A stretch of 64,000 nucleotides of DNA from an uncultured Fibrobacterota bacterium (lineage in GTDB: Bacteria; Fibrobacterota; Chitinivibrionia; Chitinivibrionales; FEN-1185). This document shows, piece by piece, positions 32,249-42,256 of the stretch. A program made the position numbers and the translations under genes. The stretch spans positions 1 to 64,000 of the forward strand of contig CAVSQB010000014.1 of assembly GCA_963729895.1 (NCBI GenBank), read 5' to 3'. The notes below the pieces were generated by a model. The model saw only the letters and a program-made list of their open reading frames with translations. It was not told where the DNA came from and did no database searches. The stretch's first letter is position 1. Each line of letters begins with the position of its first letter.

Positions 32249-34417
32249 CTACGGCATCCTTTGCACCTGCCCGCCGGCTCCCTTCTTTACCGGTTCCTCA
32301 AACACCGGATATACGCCGATGGCCTGGCCGCTTTCGAGCGCGATGTCACGTTCGGTCTTCTCCTCGATCACGGGAATCCACACCCGCGTGCCAGGCATGA
32401 GCATTGACAGATCGGTATTCTTGTTGTACTTTGCAAACAGCCACAGCGGGATCTGGTCCTGCTCGTTGCACATGCTCCAGAGCGCCTCGCCGCGTTTGAC
32501 GATTTTCTGGCGCACGTCGGCGACCTTGTACCTGGTGTAGAAATCCTCCTCGATCGCCATATGGTATTCGAGACGGGCCTTTACAAAACGGGCAAGCTGT
32601 TCGGGGTCGGCCGGGATGGAAAGCAACCCGTTGATCCGGATTTCCGAACGCGGGCCCAGCCGGTTCATCTCGCGGATGCGAACGGCCGGAACGCCGAGCC
32701 AGTCCGCATAGTGGCCCACGGTTTCGTCCACCGAGACCTTGATTCTTGCGATATCGCCCGCAGGCGAAAGGGTTGCCTCAAGGTTGTAGCTGGAAACGTC
32801 GAATGCGGGAATCACGGCCGGAGTTCCCCCTTTTGAAAACTCGGGAAGCGTGTCGGCCTTGGCCATTGCCACGTCTCTCAGAGAATCCGAAATTGTCTCC
32901 GCCGGCGGCGATGACGGTTTGGGCGCTGCCGCTGTTTCCGCAACTGCCGGCTGCGGTTTGCCCGCCTTGAGCCGGACCTGTTTCTTGACAGACGACACTG
33001 GCACCGGCTCCGCAGGCGGCGAAACAGGACCAACCTGGGCCAGGTTTTCAGCCACGGTCGTCGACTCGGGCTGGCCCGGTGCGACTTCGGCGGGTTGCGC
33101 CGCGGAAGGTACCCTGAGCACTTGGCCCGCATAAATCCTGTCGCCGCGGGTGATATTGTTTTCAAGCGCGAGCCGGTTCACGGGCACGTCCATGCGGGCG
33201 GCAATGGTGTAGAGGTTGTCGCCGCGCTGGACGCTGTAATACTGGGAACGTTCGGGAGTCTCGCTCTTGAGCGAATCCGGCACGCCGGCCAGCACCTTTT
33301 CCGCTTCGGGTTGTTTGATGCCGGCGGGAATCCTTATTGTGAAGCCGGACGGAATCTGCTTTTGCTGGAAAAACACTACCGGCCGGAGGGCCGGGTTATA
33401 CTCCATGAGCGTTTTCTGGGATAGGTTGAGATACCTGCACACCACGGCCGGTTTCATGAACGACGGAAGCGTAATCGCCTTGAATTCGTACTTCGGCGCA
33501 AAATGCACGCCGGTGAAATATGCGTCGGGGTGTTTGGCTATGTCGCTTGCTGCAAGGAAGCAGGCGTAAAAATTCTTGGAAGCAAACTGGAACGAGGGAC
33601 TGCAATAGTTTGTGATGATGGTGGATAAATCGCGCGACCTTACCGTTTCAACGGCGCGTTTCATGCCGTTCACTCCGTGATTGTAGGCAGTGATGGCGAG
33701 CGGCCATGACTGCAACTGGTCGTAGTTCTGTTTGAGGAGCCGCGCCGCGGCGATTGTCGCGGCGATCGGGTCGCGGCGTTCGTCTATGAGATAGTTGATT
33801 TTAAGGAATAGCCGTCCCGTTCCCCGCATAAATTGCCAGAGCCCTGCCGCGCCCACCTTCGAATACGCCTCGGTGTTGAACGACGATTCCACATGCGGCA
33901 GATAGGCGAGGTCGGGAGGAATGCCGCGCTGCACAAAAATGGCGCGGATGGTATCGATGAAGGCGGAGGAGCGTTCCAATCCTTCGCGAAAGCGATCCTT
34001 TTGCCCCTGCTGAAACCGGACCCTTTCCCTGGCGCCGGAAAGACCGTTTGCAGGCGCGTGTTCCTTCAACAGGCGGTCAATGTCTTTTTCCTCCCGGGTC
34101 CACAGGGACTCGGGCTGCGCTTTCAGGTTGTCAAGCTTCTTGGCAAGAGCGAGCTTCTCACTCTCGATATACCGGGACTGTGCGAAGACGGTGCGGTCCC
34201 GAAGATCGAGCTGCTTGTAGATGACCAGCGGATAGTCCCTGTCGTGCAGCACGCCTTCGGTAAGCGACAGCTCGGTGTAGACCTTCTTCCAGAACGCGAC
34301 ATTATCCTTGAGCAAATCCGGGACGGCAAAAACGGCCGAATCGCCGGTCTGCGGAAATGCGCAGGAAAAGGCGCACGCGACACCCATAAGGATATGCATC
34401 AAGCGAATTTTCTTCAT
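32249..34417 (-). CDS. lytic transglycosylase with LysM domains (MltD-like)
   Basis: VESSF, AAGLWQFM, AYNHG and LysM YSVQRGDNL. Confidence 0.92.
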   Translation of the reverse strand: MKKIRLMHILMGVACAFSCAFPQTGDSAVFAVPDLLKDNVAFWKKVYTELSLTEGVLHDRDYPLVIYKQLDLRDRTVFAQSRYIESEKLALAKKLDNLKAQPESLWTREEKDIDRLLKEHAPANGLSGARERVRFQQGQKDRFREGLERSSAFIDTIRAIFVQRGIPPDLAYLPHVESSFNTEAYSKVGAAGLWQFMRGTGRLFLKINYLIDERRDPIAATIAAARLLKQNYDQLQSWPLAITAYNHGVNGMKRAVETVRSRDLSTIITNYCSPSFQFASKNFYACFLAASDIAKHPDAYFTGVHFAPKYEFKAITLPSFMKPAVVCRYLNLSQKTLMEYNPALRPVVFFQQKQIPSGFTIRIPAGIKQPEAEKVLAGVPDSLKSETPERSQYYSVQRGDNLYTIAARMDVPVNRLALENNITRGDRIYAGQVLRVPSAAQPAEVAPGQPESTTVAENLAQVGPVSPPAEPVPVSSVKKQVRLKAGKPQPAVAETAAAPKPSSPPAETISDSLRDVAMAKADTLPEFSKGGTPAVIPAFDVSSYNLEATLSPAGDIARIKVSVDETVGHYADWLGVPAVRIREMNRLGPRSEIRINGLLSIPADPEQLARFVKARLEYHMAIEEDFYTRYKVADVRQKIVKRGEALWSMCNEQDQIPLWLFAKYNKNTDLSMLMPGTRVWIPVIEEKTERDIALESGQAIGVYPVFEEPVKKGAGGQVQRMP

Positions 34418-34439
34418 GGTAAGCGGGCGTTCCGGCCCA

Positions 34440-35792
34440 TCAAGTCTGCCCAAATCTCTTCATGAACGGGGTGATATCCGATGCCTCCTGCGGCCCCACC
34501 AGCACTTCCCAGCCGGGCATGGTTTCTTCGAGCTCGCCGGATATGGAGGCCACGTAACCCGGTATGATGATTGTCCGCGACGTGTACTGTTTGTCGACGT
34601 CCTTGCTCTTGAGGAACGCGCCGATCTTTTCGCCGCTGAACTTGCGGGCGGCCCACGCGGTGAGCACGCTCATTCCCTCCGCGTCTACAATGGCGAGGTG
34701 CACGGGCACACCGGCGTTTTCCAGCTCGCCGCTCACCATGAAGTACGTGAGCGAAAAATTGGTGGTGACGACGAACGGGGCGTTCGGCGCGGCGTCTCCT
34801 ATTTTGTAAATACCGGCGTCCACCTGGATCGGCTTCTGGGGATCGGTGTAGATGTTCTGGCGCAGCATGAGCAGCGGCAGCAAGGCCTCTTTCTCGGGCC
34901 GGTCGAGCACCAGAAGGGACGCGTACTTGCACAGCACGCTCGACGCATCGGCGACCATTTCGGCCGCGCTTTGCCTGCCGGTGACGAAATTGACAATAGG
35001 ATACCCCAGCTGCTTTACCGAGGACGCGATGGCCGCCTTGCGCATGATCGTGTTGTTCTGCACCATGGCGGCGGCGTTGCCGGCGGGTATGTCGATCACG
35101 ATGTCGCGAAGGCCCATCGCGGCAAGACGGCCCGTCAGGCCGAAGGCCTCGTCAATGGTTTTTGCGGAGACGCAGACCGGTAGTTTCCGTTTGATCGAAA
35201 ATCCCGCAAGCTCCTCGACGGCGCCGCTTGTTATTGCGTGCAACAGCGGAACTCTCTCTGCAAGGGCCTGCGCGGACGATACCAGATTTTGCGCCGAGCC
35301 GCTTGCGAGCATGAGCGCACCCTTGAAATGCGCGCCGGCCGCCTGAGCAGCATCCGTAAATTTCTGTGCGTCTCCGCTTGCGTTGTTGATGCACAGCATG
35401 TCGACCCGCAGGGTCTCACCCACGCGTACGATGCAATAGGCTTCCATGTCCGAGGCGACCCGGACTATTTCGTCGTGCGGCATGGTGTCGTCGATCTGGA
35501 CTGCAATCGCGGTCTGGTGCACAAACGTCTTGTCGTGGCGGAACATCACGGTCTCGTTGCCGATCGAAACGCTGCGTTCCCCCGCGCCAATCGTCACAAG
35601 CCGGATCGGCGGCTCGCTTGCCGCGCCGATCACCTCTTTCGCCTCGCCCGACGCGTACGGGCACTGCGACAGCTCCGCGTTCTTCTGCGCGAGTTTCATG
35701 GCGAACGCCATGCACGTGGCAACCCCGCATTCGCCGCAGTTGGTTTTCGGGAGGAGCTTGAAAATGTCCATGCCGGTCAGTTTTTTCGCCAT
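34440..35792 (-). CDS. acsC: corrinoid iron-sulfur protein, large subunit
   Basis: LPKTNCGECGVATCMAFA..CP, NIYTDPQKP, TTNFSLTYF and SVLTAWAA. Confidence 0.96.
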   Translation of the reverse strand: MAKKLTGMDIFKLLPKTNCGECGVATCMAFAMKLAQKNAELSQCPYASGEAKEVIGAASEPPIRLVTIGAGERSVSIGNETVMFRHDKTFVHQTAIAVQIDDTMPHDEIVRVASDMEAYCIVRVGETLRVDMLCINNASGDAQKFTDAAQAAGAHFKGALMLASGSAQNLVSSAQALAERVPLLHAITSGAVEELAGFSIKRKLPVCVSAKTIDEAFGLTGRLAAMGLRDIVIDIPAGNAAAMVQNNTIMRKAAIASSVKQLGYPIVNFVTGRQSAAEMVADASSVLCKYASLLVLDRPEKEALLPLLMLRQNIYTDPQKPIQVDAGIYKIGDAAPNAPFVVTTNFSLTYFMVSGELENAGVPVHLAIVDAEGMSVLTAWAARKFSGEKIGAFLKSKDVDKQYTSRTIIIPGYVASISGELEETMPGWEVLVGPQEASDITPFMKRFGQT

Positions 35793-35829
35793 GTTTGATT
35801 CCTTTATTCCAATTTATTTCTAATCAGCC

Positions 35830-35905
35830 TCTGGAGGGGGTAGCGGAAGACGCCGCGACCCCAGGCCGCGGTGGCTGGAGCAACGGGGAAACTTTCCCCA
35901 CCAGA
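35830..35905. repeat. intergenic palindromic (REP-like) element
   Basis: TCTGGAGGGG...CCCCACCAGA closing arms with internal GGGGAAACTTTCCCC. Confidence 0.5.
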
Positions 35906-38900
35906 TTACCCTCTATTTTCCATTTTATCAAGCACATGTTGTATCGTCTTCACCGCCTCCGGGTAGTACATGATCACCAGGTCAGCCCCTGCATTCACAA
36001 GCGCCATGGTGGCGCTGATCTCCAGGTTCGCTCCCCGCGTTCCGGCGTCTCCCCAGGCCGCGAAATCTGGGCCGCTTGCATTGGCCTCCTTGCACTTTGC
36101 GGTCTCGAACCCGATGGCGCAGACGAACGGCTGGCACAGCATGCCATCGCCGCCGAGCCCGGCAAGCCGGATGCGCTCCATCACCGAATAGGTGTATTCG
36201 AGGCCGTATCCGAGCGCGCCGGTCATGGGGTCAATCACTATTTTGTCCGGTTTTGTTCCCATGGTGGTTAGCAGAATGTTAAGCTGCTTCGCCATGTTGA
36301 CGTCGATGGGCGATTGCGCCACTACGCAATGCCCGTAGCCCATTGCCGCTCCGGCGATCGTTTTGTAATTGTCTGTTTCCACCCAGTTGAGCAGCAGGTT
36401 TTCGCCCGCGAAATCGGCCGCGATTTTCTTCATGACCTCGTTGCGCTTGTCAAAATGCGCCGGCCCGCTCACGACAAGGGGCACGCCCACGGCCTTGAGC
36501 ACGGCCGACACGGTATCGGCGGCGTGCTGCGGCGGGCGATTGCCTTTGTCGGGATGGCATCCGTCAAGCCGAATGCTGATGGCCTTTGCGCCCAGTTTTT
36601 CAACGCAATGGCGCGCCATGGCGGCCGGATCGGACAGCATGGCCCCGAAATACTCGCGGAGCGCCTGCGGACATTTTTCCGGCGGGGAGTCGAATACTTC
36701 CATGGCAATCGCAACCGGGTGACCGGCCTCGCCTTCCATGTACCGGAACGGCAGGATCTTTCCCCCGCCGATCACAAGGCTGCTGGTGCGGGTACCGCTT
36801 CCGCCAAGCAAAACGGGCAGTACCTGTCCGGACAATGCCTCTTTCGCGTGAGTAAATTTTGTCGGGAGCGCGATGTCCGGCGCCGGTTCCCAAGTACTGC
36901 CCGAAGCTGCAGGTTTCCCGCCCGAGGTCAATCCGTGGAGCAGTGCCGCGGATTCCCGGATACCTTTGACCGCGCCGAGAACCTGCGGATCCAACCCGCC
37001 GGTTGACGCCATTCGCGACACGTAGGCCATCACCGCACGGATGTACGCAAGCGATTCGCCGACGCCTGCTGCGACACCGGGGACCGGCGGCACTACCAGC
37101 GGCTCTTCAATGGCAACGGCCTTTGGAGCTGCCGCGGACTGTCCGGCGTGGGCCGCCGGCGCGGGCTTTGTTTCCTTTGCAGCAACAGGAGCACCCTGCA
37201 GTGCATCGCGCGCGGCATCGGCTTTCTGCGCCTCGGGGCTTGGCGCGGTAATGTCCCACATCGCAAGCGCCGGGTGCTTTTTTCCTTTGAGAAACGAGAG
37301 GATCGCTCCCGTGTCCACGCCCACGTTCTCGTCCGCTATCCTGTCAAGCAGATCGGGCCATTGCGTGCGCCCTGCCGCGATATCAAGATCCTCCTTCATC
37401 TGGATCTTGAGCTGCGACGGCATCCACACGATCCGTCCGAACCCGCCTTCCGCGGAAAGGAATTTCTTTGACAAGAGAAAACTTTTGCCGCAGCCGATGA
37501 ACCCGGGCGTCTGCTGGCCGCCGCCCACGTTGCCAGCGAGCGTGGAGAACTTCATGCCGAGCGGCGTATCGCCCGCATATTCGCGGTTTACTACGATGAC
37601 GCCGTTGAGCTCCGGCGCCACGGCGCAGATGGCCTCAAAACACCCGCACGAGGTCATGGGGTTCTTCATGATTGAATACATGGTGATTTCTTCGACCGAC
37701 TTGTTAGAATGCCGGTACACGTACTCGTTGATGTTCCGCCACACGCCGCGCACCGGGTCGAGCAGTTCTCCCTTGGTAAGCGGCTGGTTGGGGCCGGTTG
37801 GGTCTATTTCGTAGGCGGCCTTGCCGTCGAGCCAGTTGTATGCGCCGCACAGGCCGAGCCGCTCGGGCGTGATGACGCACACGTGGTTGGGGGCAAACGA
37901 CTGGCACAACAGGCAGCTGTAGAACAGGTCCACGTTTTCGTCGGTCATGGACTCCAGGCGCAGGTTGCGCTCGCGGTACACGCGCCGTGCCTCCGTGATG
38001 AGCTCCTCCACCTTGGCCGCGTCGGTGTACAAGGTGACCTGCACTTTGTCAATAATAGCCGGATAGTCGCTCAAATACTTTGCCCTGATGATCTCGCCCA
38101 GATGCCTGATGCGGAACCCCTTACCGAACGCGTCTTTGCTGATGCGCACCCAGATGATGTCCCGCTGGCCCATGTGCCACACGCCTTCGGCGCCGTTGAC
38201 CAGGTGATGCACTTGGCGCTCCATGATCGGCTCGAAATCTTGTTGCATATTGCGGCCCGCCACTTCTATCCAGATCGCAAGCGGCAGCTGGGTTCCGGGC
38301 GCAACGCCGTCCGCCTCTCTGCCCACCACCGTGATTTTTCCGTCCACAATCTCGCCCGGTTCCTTCATGGTGCAGTATTCGAACGCGGTGGTCCGCGTGC
38401 CGCCGAACTCTACGTGCACCTGCTCTTTGCGGATGCGCTCGCCTTCAAACGCGGACCCGTAGTTCACGGGGATGGGTACGTGCGTGACCTTCACCTTGCA
38501 GCCGCGCACGTCAAGCGCCTTTGAAACGATGTCGATAAGCGGCACGCTGCTCACCACGTGCTCGTACGTGCAGATGCCGGTTGGAAGTATCTGTGGAATG
38601 GCCGTGTTTGCAATGGTGGGAAATCCGTAGTTGATGCATCCCGCGGCCGCCGCGTATTTCTCCTCGTCAACCTCGCCCAGCGCGAGCACGAACGCGAATA
38701 CCCTGTTCTTGTTGTACGCAAGGTTCTTCTTGAAATCGCCCTTTTTGACCCCGCCGAACGACAGGGCGGCGCGGCTTGCGAATCCGAGCGCGTGGACCGC
38801 TGCGCTGATGTCTTTACCGAACGGGACCAGTCGAGTGGGCCATCCGAGCTCCACGCCTTTACTCGCGAGTTGCTCGGCAAACGACACGCCGTGAACATGT

Positions 38901-39424
38901 CCGGCCATAAATACATAGAGGTTCTTGCTCTGCAGGTCCCGCGCCAGCTTGACAGCAGCGTCTGCGTCGGGCGCGGCGCCGACCACGGCGGCGAAGCCGG
39001 GCGCGGAGCCGTCCACGAATTCCACGCCGCGCTCGCGCATGATGACGTCGTCCGCCGCACCGAGCCAAATGCCGTCAACGGGATCCGGGCCGATAACGGT
39101 CTTGCATGCCTCAATGGCTTCAAAGGCAAGGAGCGCGGCCATACCCGCGTCGAGCGTACCGCCCAGATACGGCAGCCAATGCGTTTCCCGCGGGAGCGGC
39201 GGAAGCATCTTTTTGCATTCGGCAAGCACGCCGTCCATCTGGCCGAGTGTGTTGATTTCCGCGCCGAGCATGGAATACGCAAGGGGAAGAAAATAACCGG
39301 TGTTGGGAAACGCCACCGGGCACTGCGAACCCTTTGCAGCAAGCGCCTCCTGCAATTTCTTCTGCGCGTGGTTTACAATGGAATGGGCCCCGCGTATGGC
39401 GGAGGCAGCTATAACCTTAGACAT
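35906..39424 (-). CDS. acsB: acetyl-CoA synthase (AcsB) fused to CoFeSP small subunit (AcsD)
   Basis: About aa 1-720 is bacterial AcsB (SCLLCQSFAPNHVC, LGLCGA, TSCGCFE). A linker follows, then AcsD (IAMEVFD, SPIDVNMAKQLN, IDPMTGALGYGLEYTYSVMERIRLAGL). Confidence 0.95.
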   Translation of the reverse strand: MSKVIAASAIRGAHSIVNHAQKKLQEALAAKGSQCPVAFPNTGYFLPLAYSMLGAEINTLGQMDGVLAECKKMLPPLPRETHWLPYLGGTLDAGMAALLAFEAIEACKTVIGPDPVDGIWLGAADDVIMRERGVEFVDGSAPGFAAVVGAAPDADAAVKLARDLQSKNLYVFMAGHVHGVSFAEQLASKGVELGWPTRLVPFGKDISAAVHALGFASRAALSFGGVKKGDFKKNLAYNKNRVFAFVLALGEVDEEKYAAAAGCINYGFPTIANTAIPQILPTGICTYEHVVSSVPLIDIVSKALDVRGCKVKVTHVPIPVNYGSAFEGERIRKEQVHVEFGGTRTTAFEYCTMKEPGEIVDGKITVVGREADGVAPGTQLPLAIWIEVAGRNMQQDFEPIMERQVHHLVNGAEGVWHMGQRDIIWVRISKDAFGKGFRIRHLGEIIRAKYLSDYPAIIDKVQVTLYTDAAKVEELITEARRVYRERNLRLESMTDENVDLFYSCLLCQSFAPNHVCVITPERLGLCGAYNWLDGKAAYEIDPTGPNQPLTKGELLDPVRGVWRNINEYVYRHSNKSVEEITMYSIMKNPMTSCGCFEAICAVAPELNGVIVVNREYAGDTPLGMKFSTLAGNVGGGQQTPGFIGCGKSFLLSKKFLSAEGGFGRIVWMPSQLKIQMKEDLDIAAGRTQWPDLLDRIADENVGVDTGAILSFLKGKKHPALAMWDITAPSPEAQKADAARDALQGAPVAAKETKPAPAAHAGQSAAAPKAVAIEEPLVVPPVPGVAAGVGESLAYIRAVMAYVSRMASTGGLDPQVLGAVKGIRESAALLHGLTSGGKPAASGSTWEPAPDIALPTKFTHAKEALSGQVLPVLLGGSGTRTSSLVIGGGKILPFRYMEGEAGHPVAIAMEVFDSPPEKCPQALREYFGAMLSDPAAMARHCVEKLGAKAISIRLDGCHPDKGNRPPQHAADTVSAVLKAVGVPLVVSGPAHFDKRNEVMKKIAADFAGENLLLNWVETDNYKTIAGAAMGYGHCVVAQSPIDVNMAKQLNILLTTMGTKPDKIVIDPMTGALGYGLEYTYSVMERIRLAGLGGDGMLCQPFVCAIGFETAKCKEANASGPDFAAWGDAGTRGANLEISATMALVNAGADLVIMYYPEAVKTIQHVLDKMENRG

Positions 39425-41363
39425 CGAGGGCCCTTCTTTCTTTCATGTCAAGCAGCCGGCGCTCCCGTTTCTTGTTGATGCCAAGCGCCTCGCGTTTCTT
39501 GTCGATGTGGTCGAGGATGATTTTCACCTGCGTCTGCGTATGCGACCCCCACGCGAACCTTCCGCCAAACGACGATTCGAGCCCGCCGGTGAGAAGCTCA
39601 TTCAGCTTTTCCCCGCCGGTCACATGGAGCGGACTGCCGAGCAAAACCAGCATGCCCGACGCAAGGAAATAATGGCCGATGGCCACAGCCTTCTCGCTCA
39701 TCCACTCGGGTGCAGCGCCTGCGGCGGGCAGGTCGGAAATGTCTTCGCCGAGCCCGCCCTCGCTCAGCACGTCGCAGGCCGCCGAAAGGATTCTGCTGTT
39801 GTCAACGCATGATCCCATGTGCAGCACCGGCGGAATCCCCACCGCCTCGCACACCTCCGCGAGCCCCGGCCCGGCAATCTCTCGCGCGGTCTCCGGGGTA
39901 AGCAGGCCCGCCTTTGCGCAGGTGATCGCCGCGCACCCGGTAAGCAGCACGAGCACGTCATTCTTGACAAGTTCCTTCACCAGAGGCACAATCGTGCCGT
40001 CGAGGTTTTTCTTCGGATTGTTGCAGCCCACGACTCCCGCCACACCGCGGATGCGTCCGTCGATGATCGCGTCGTTGAGGGGACGAAACGAGCTTCGGAA
40101 CCTGCCGCCAAGCATCTCGTGGATGGCCCGGACGGAGAACCCGGCCACGAACTCCACGCGGTTGTCCGGAATCGTGACGCGGTCCGTCTTGCGGTTCTCA
40201 AAATTGTCGATCGCCATCTTGACAAGGGTCCTTGCCTGGTCGAATGCGCGCTCTTCGTTGAAATCGAATGTCTCAAACCCCTGCGTGTGCGCGAGCGGAG
40301 ATGTGGACAGGACCTTGGTGTGAAAGCAGCTTGCAACGAACCCGAGCGAGGGCATCACGCATTGCACGTCAACCAGCATCATCTCCACTGCGCCGGTCAT
40401 GACGGCAAGCTCCTGCTGCAAAAAATTGCCCGCCACGGGAACGCCGTGGCGCATGAGTATCTCGTTTCCGGTGCAGCACATCCCAGCAAGCTGTATGCCT
40501 GCCGCGCCCTTACTTTTGGCGTACTCGATCATGTCGTCGCTTTCGCACACGGCCGCAATGCAGTCGGAGAGAGTCGGCTCGTGACCGTGAACCACGATGT
40601 TCACCTTGTCTTTGGAAAGAACGCCGATGTTGACGGAACAGAGCACCGGTTTGGGCGTTCCGAACAGAATGTCGGAAACGGCGGTGGCGATCATGGACCC
40701 GCCCCAGCCGTCGGCAAGCGACGTTGTCAGCGACCCGCGCTCCACGTGGTCGAACGAATGGTCTACACCCATGTTGGACCGATGCAGGAGTTCCACCACG
40801 GAGTGGTCGATGCCGTGGGGTTCCACGCCGTTCTTCCGCCACACGGCCTGGCGCTTGACAGGCGCTTGTGCGAGGGTCTTGATGGGACCGGCGCTGTAGC
40901 CGAATTCCCGTTCCAGCACGTCGGCAAGGTCTTTGGCGATGTCGAGCGGCGCCCGTTCTTCTGTTTCTATTCCATACTGTTTCGCGACTTCCAGGAGTTT
41001 CCGTTCATCCGTTATCCTGTACGAATCGGTCTTGCCCTCAACGACCATCCTCAGTGTGTGCACAAGGTGTCGTCCGTGGTCCGAATGCGCCGACGTTCCG
41101 GCCGCCACGGCCCGGGAAAGGTTGCGCGCGGCAATGGTGTCCGCGTCCGCGCCGCAGGTACCTTTGGGCGTCTTGGCGGAAATCCTGCACGGACCCATGT
41201 TGCATATCTTGCAACATACGCCGTCAGAACCGAATTTGCATACGACATTGGCCGACGATCGGTCCCACACTGTTTCGATGCCGCGTTCACGCGCGGTATT
41301 TCGCATTTGTTTAGTTGCCGCGTCGGTGTCGGGCGAGCAGGCGTTTCCCAACGGTTTTGACAT
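39417..41363 (-). CDS. cooS: anaerobic Ni-CO dehydrogenase catalytic subunit (AcsA/CooS)
   Basis: CKFG..GVCCKICNMGPC for the D/B clusters. C-cluster ligands in GHEP, MCCTGNE, DVQC, GCNN, TGC and GSCVDN. Confidence 0.97.
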   Translation of the reverse strand: MSKPLGNACSPDTDAATKQMRNTARERGIETVWDRSSANVVCKFGSDGVCCKICNMGPCRISAKTPKGTCGADADTIAARNLSRAVAAGTSAHSDHGRHLVHTLRMVVEGKTDSYRITDERKLLEVAKQYGIETEERAPLDIAKDLADVLEREFGYSAGPIKTLAQAPVKRQAVWRKNGVEPHGIDHSVVELLHRSNMGVDHSFDHVERGSLTTSLADGWGGSMIATAVSDILFGTPKPVLCSVNIGVLSKDKVNIVVHGHEPTLSDCIAAVCESDDMIEYAKSKGAAGIQLAGMCCTGNEILMRHGVPVAGNFLQQELAVMTGAVEMMLVDVQCVMPSLGFVASCFHTKVLSTSPLAHTQGFETFDFNEERAFDQARTLVKMAIDNFENRKTDRVTIPDNRVEFVAGFSVRAIHEMLGGRFRSSFRPLNDAIIDGRIRGVAGVVGCNNPKKNLDGTIVPLVKELVKNDVLVLLTGCAAITCAKAGLLTPETAREIAGPGLAEVCEAVGIPPVLHMGSCVDNSRILSAACDVLSEGGLGEDISDLPAAGAAPEWMSEKAVAIGHYFLASGMLVLLGSPLHVTGGEKLNELLTGGLESSFGGRFAWGSHTQTQVKIILDHIDKKREALGINKKRERRLLDMKERRALDV

Positions 41364-41379
41364 GCATCCTCCGGATTAT

Positions 41380-42141
41380 CTATGCGAATAATTCTCCAAG
41401 TAATTCCGCCACACCGCAGTATATCCCGCTTTCTTCCCCGATGTCCTGTGCGGTGCCGCCCGTTTCATCCATTCGTTTCACCGCCTCGTCGTAGGGCAGC
41501 ATAAACACCCTGTCGAACCCGCTTTCGTCAATTGCCTGCTTTTGCGCGCCCGTCAGTCCGGCCGTCGCGTGGGAAAGCCTGTTGACAACAAGCGCCTTGC
41601 GCCGCACGCGGGTCTTGAGCTCCTCAACCACCTCGCCCACCCGCCTGGCGGTGCGCAGGCCGCGTATTGACGGATCAGACACCGTGATGAGCCAGTCGAC
41701 GTCGAGCAGCGTACGGCGCGACAGATGCTCGAGTCCGGCTTCGCAGTCCACAAGGATCCACGGGTAATTCCTTGCTATACGCGCAAGCACGTCACGGAGC
41801 ACGTTGTTGGCAAAGCAGTAGCAGCCCGGCCCCTCGGGCCTGCCCATCACGATAAGATCGAATCCCTTGCTTTCGACAAGCGCCTGGTTGATCTGCGCTT
41901 CAAGAAATTGCTGCTTAGACAGGCCGCCGCTCAGGGTCCCTGCCTTCTTCCTCGTATCCTCCCGAACCCCACCCACGGTTGCCGAATATGAGACGCCGAG
42001 CATCTCGTTGAGATTCGCGTTGCTGTCCGCGTCAACGGCGAGCACCGGCGTCTTGCCATTTGCAACAAGCCAGCGCAGCATGAGTGCCGCGATAGTGGTC
42101 TTGCCTGTCCCGCCCTTGCCGGTGACCGCGATGGTGGTCAT
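41380..42141 (-). CDS. cooC: CooC/AcsF-family Ni-insertion ATPase
   Basis: GKGGTGKT, GPGCYC and DCEAGLEHLSR. Confidence 0.93.
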   Translation of the reverse strand: MTTIAVTGKGGTGKTTIAALMLRWLVANGKTPVLAVDADSNANLNEMLGVSYSATVGGVREDTRKKAGTLSGGLSKQQFLEAQINQALVESKGFDLIVMGRPEGPGCYCFANNVLRDVLARIARNYPWILVDCEAGLEHLSRRTLLDVDWLITVSDPSIRGLRTARRVGEVVEELKTRVRRKALVVNRLSHATAGLTGAQKQAIDESGFDRVFMLPYDEAVKRMDETGGTAQDIGEESGIYCGVAELLGELFA

Positions 42142-42165
42142 TACGGTTGTTTCCTGTGTTTGTCC

Positions 42166-42256
42166 GAGTTGATGAGTTTATGAGTTAATGGGTTGATGGG
42201 TTAATGAAAATCTGTTGATTTCCGCATCAACACATCAACTCTCCAACCCATCAACC
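42166..42256. repeat. two opposed arrays of imperfect 8-bp repeats
   Basis: Five GRGTTDAT units at 42166-42205 and four CATCAACH-like units at 42225-42256. Confidence 0.8.
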
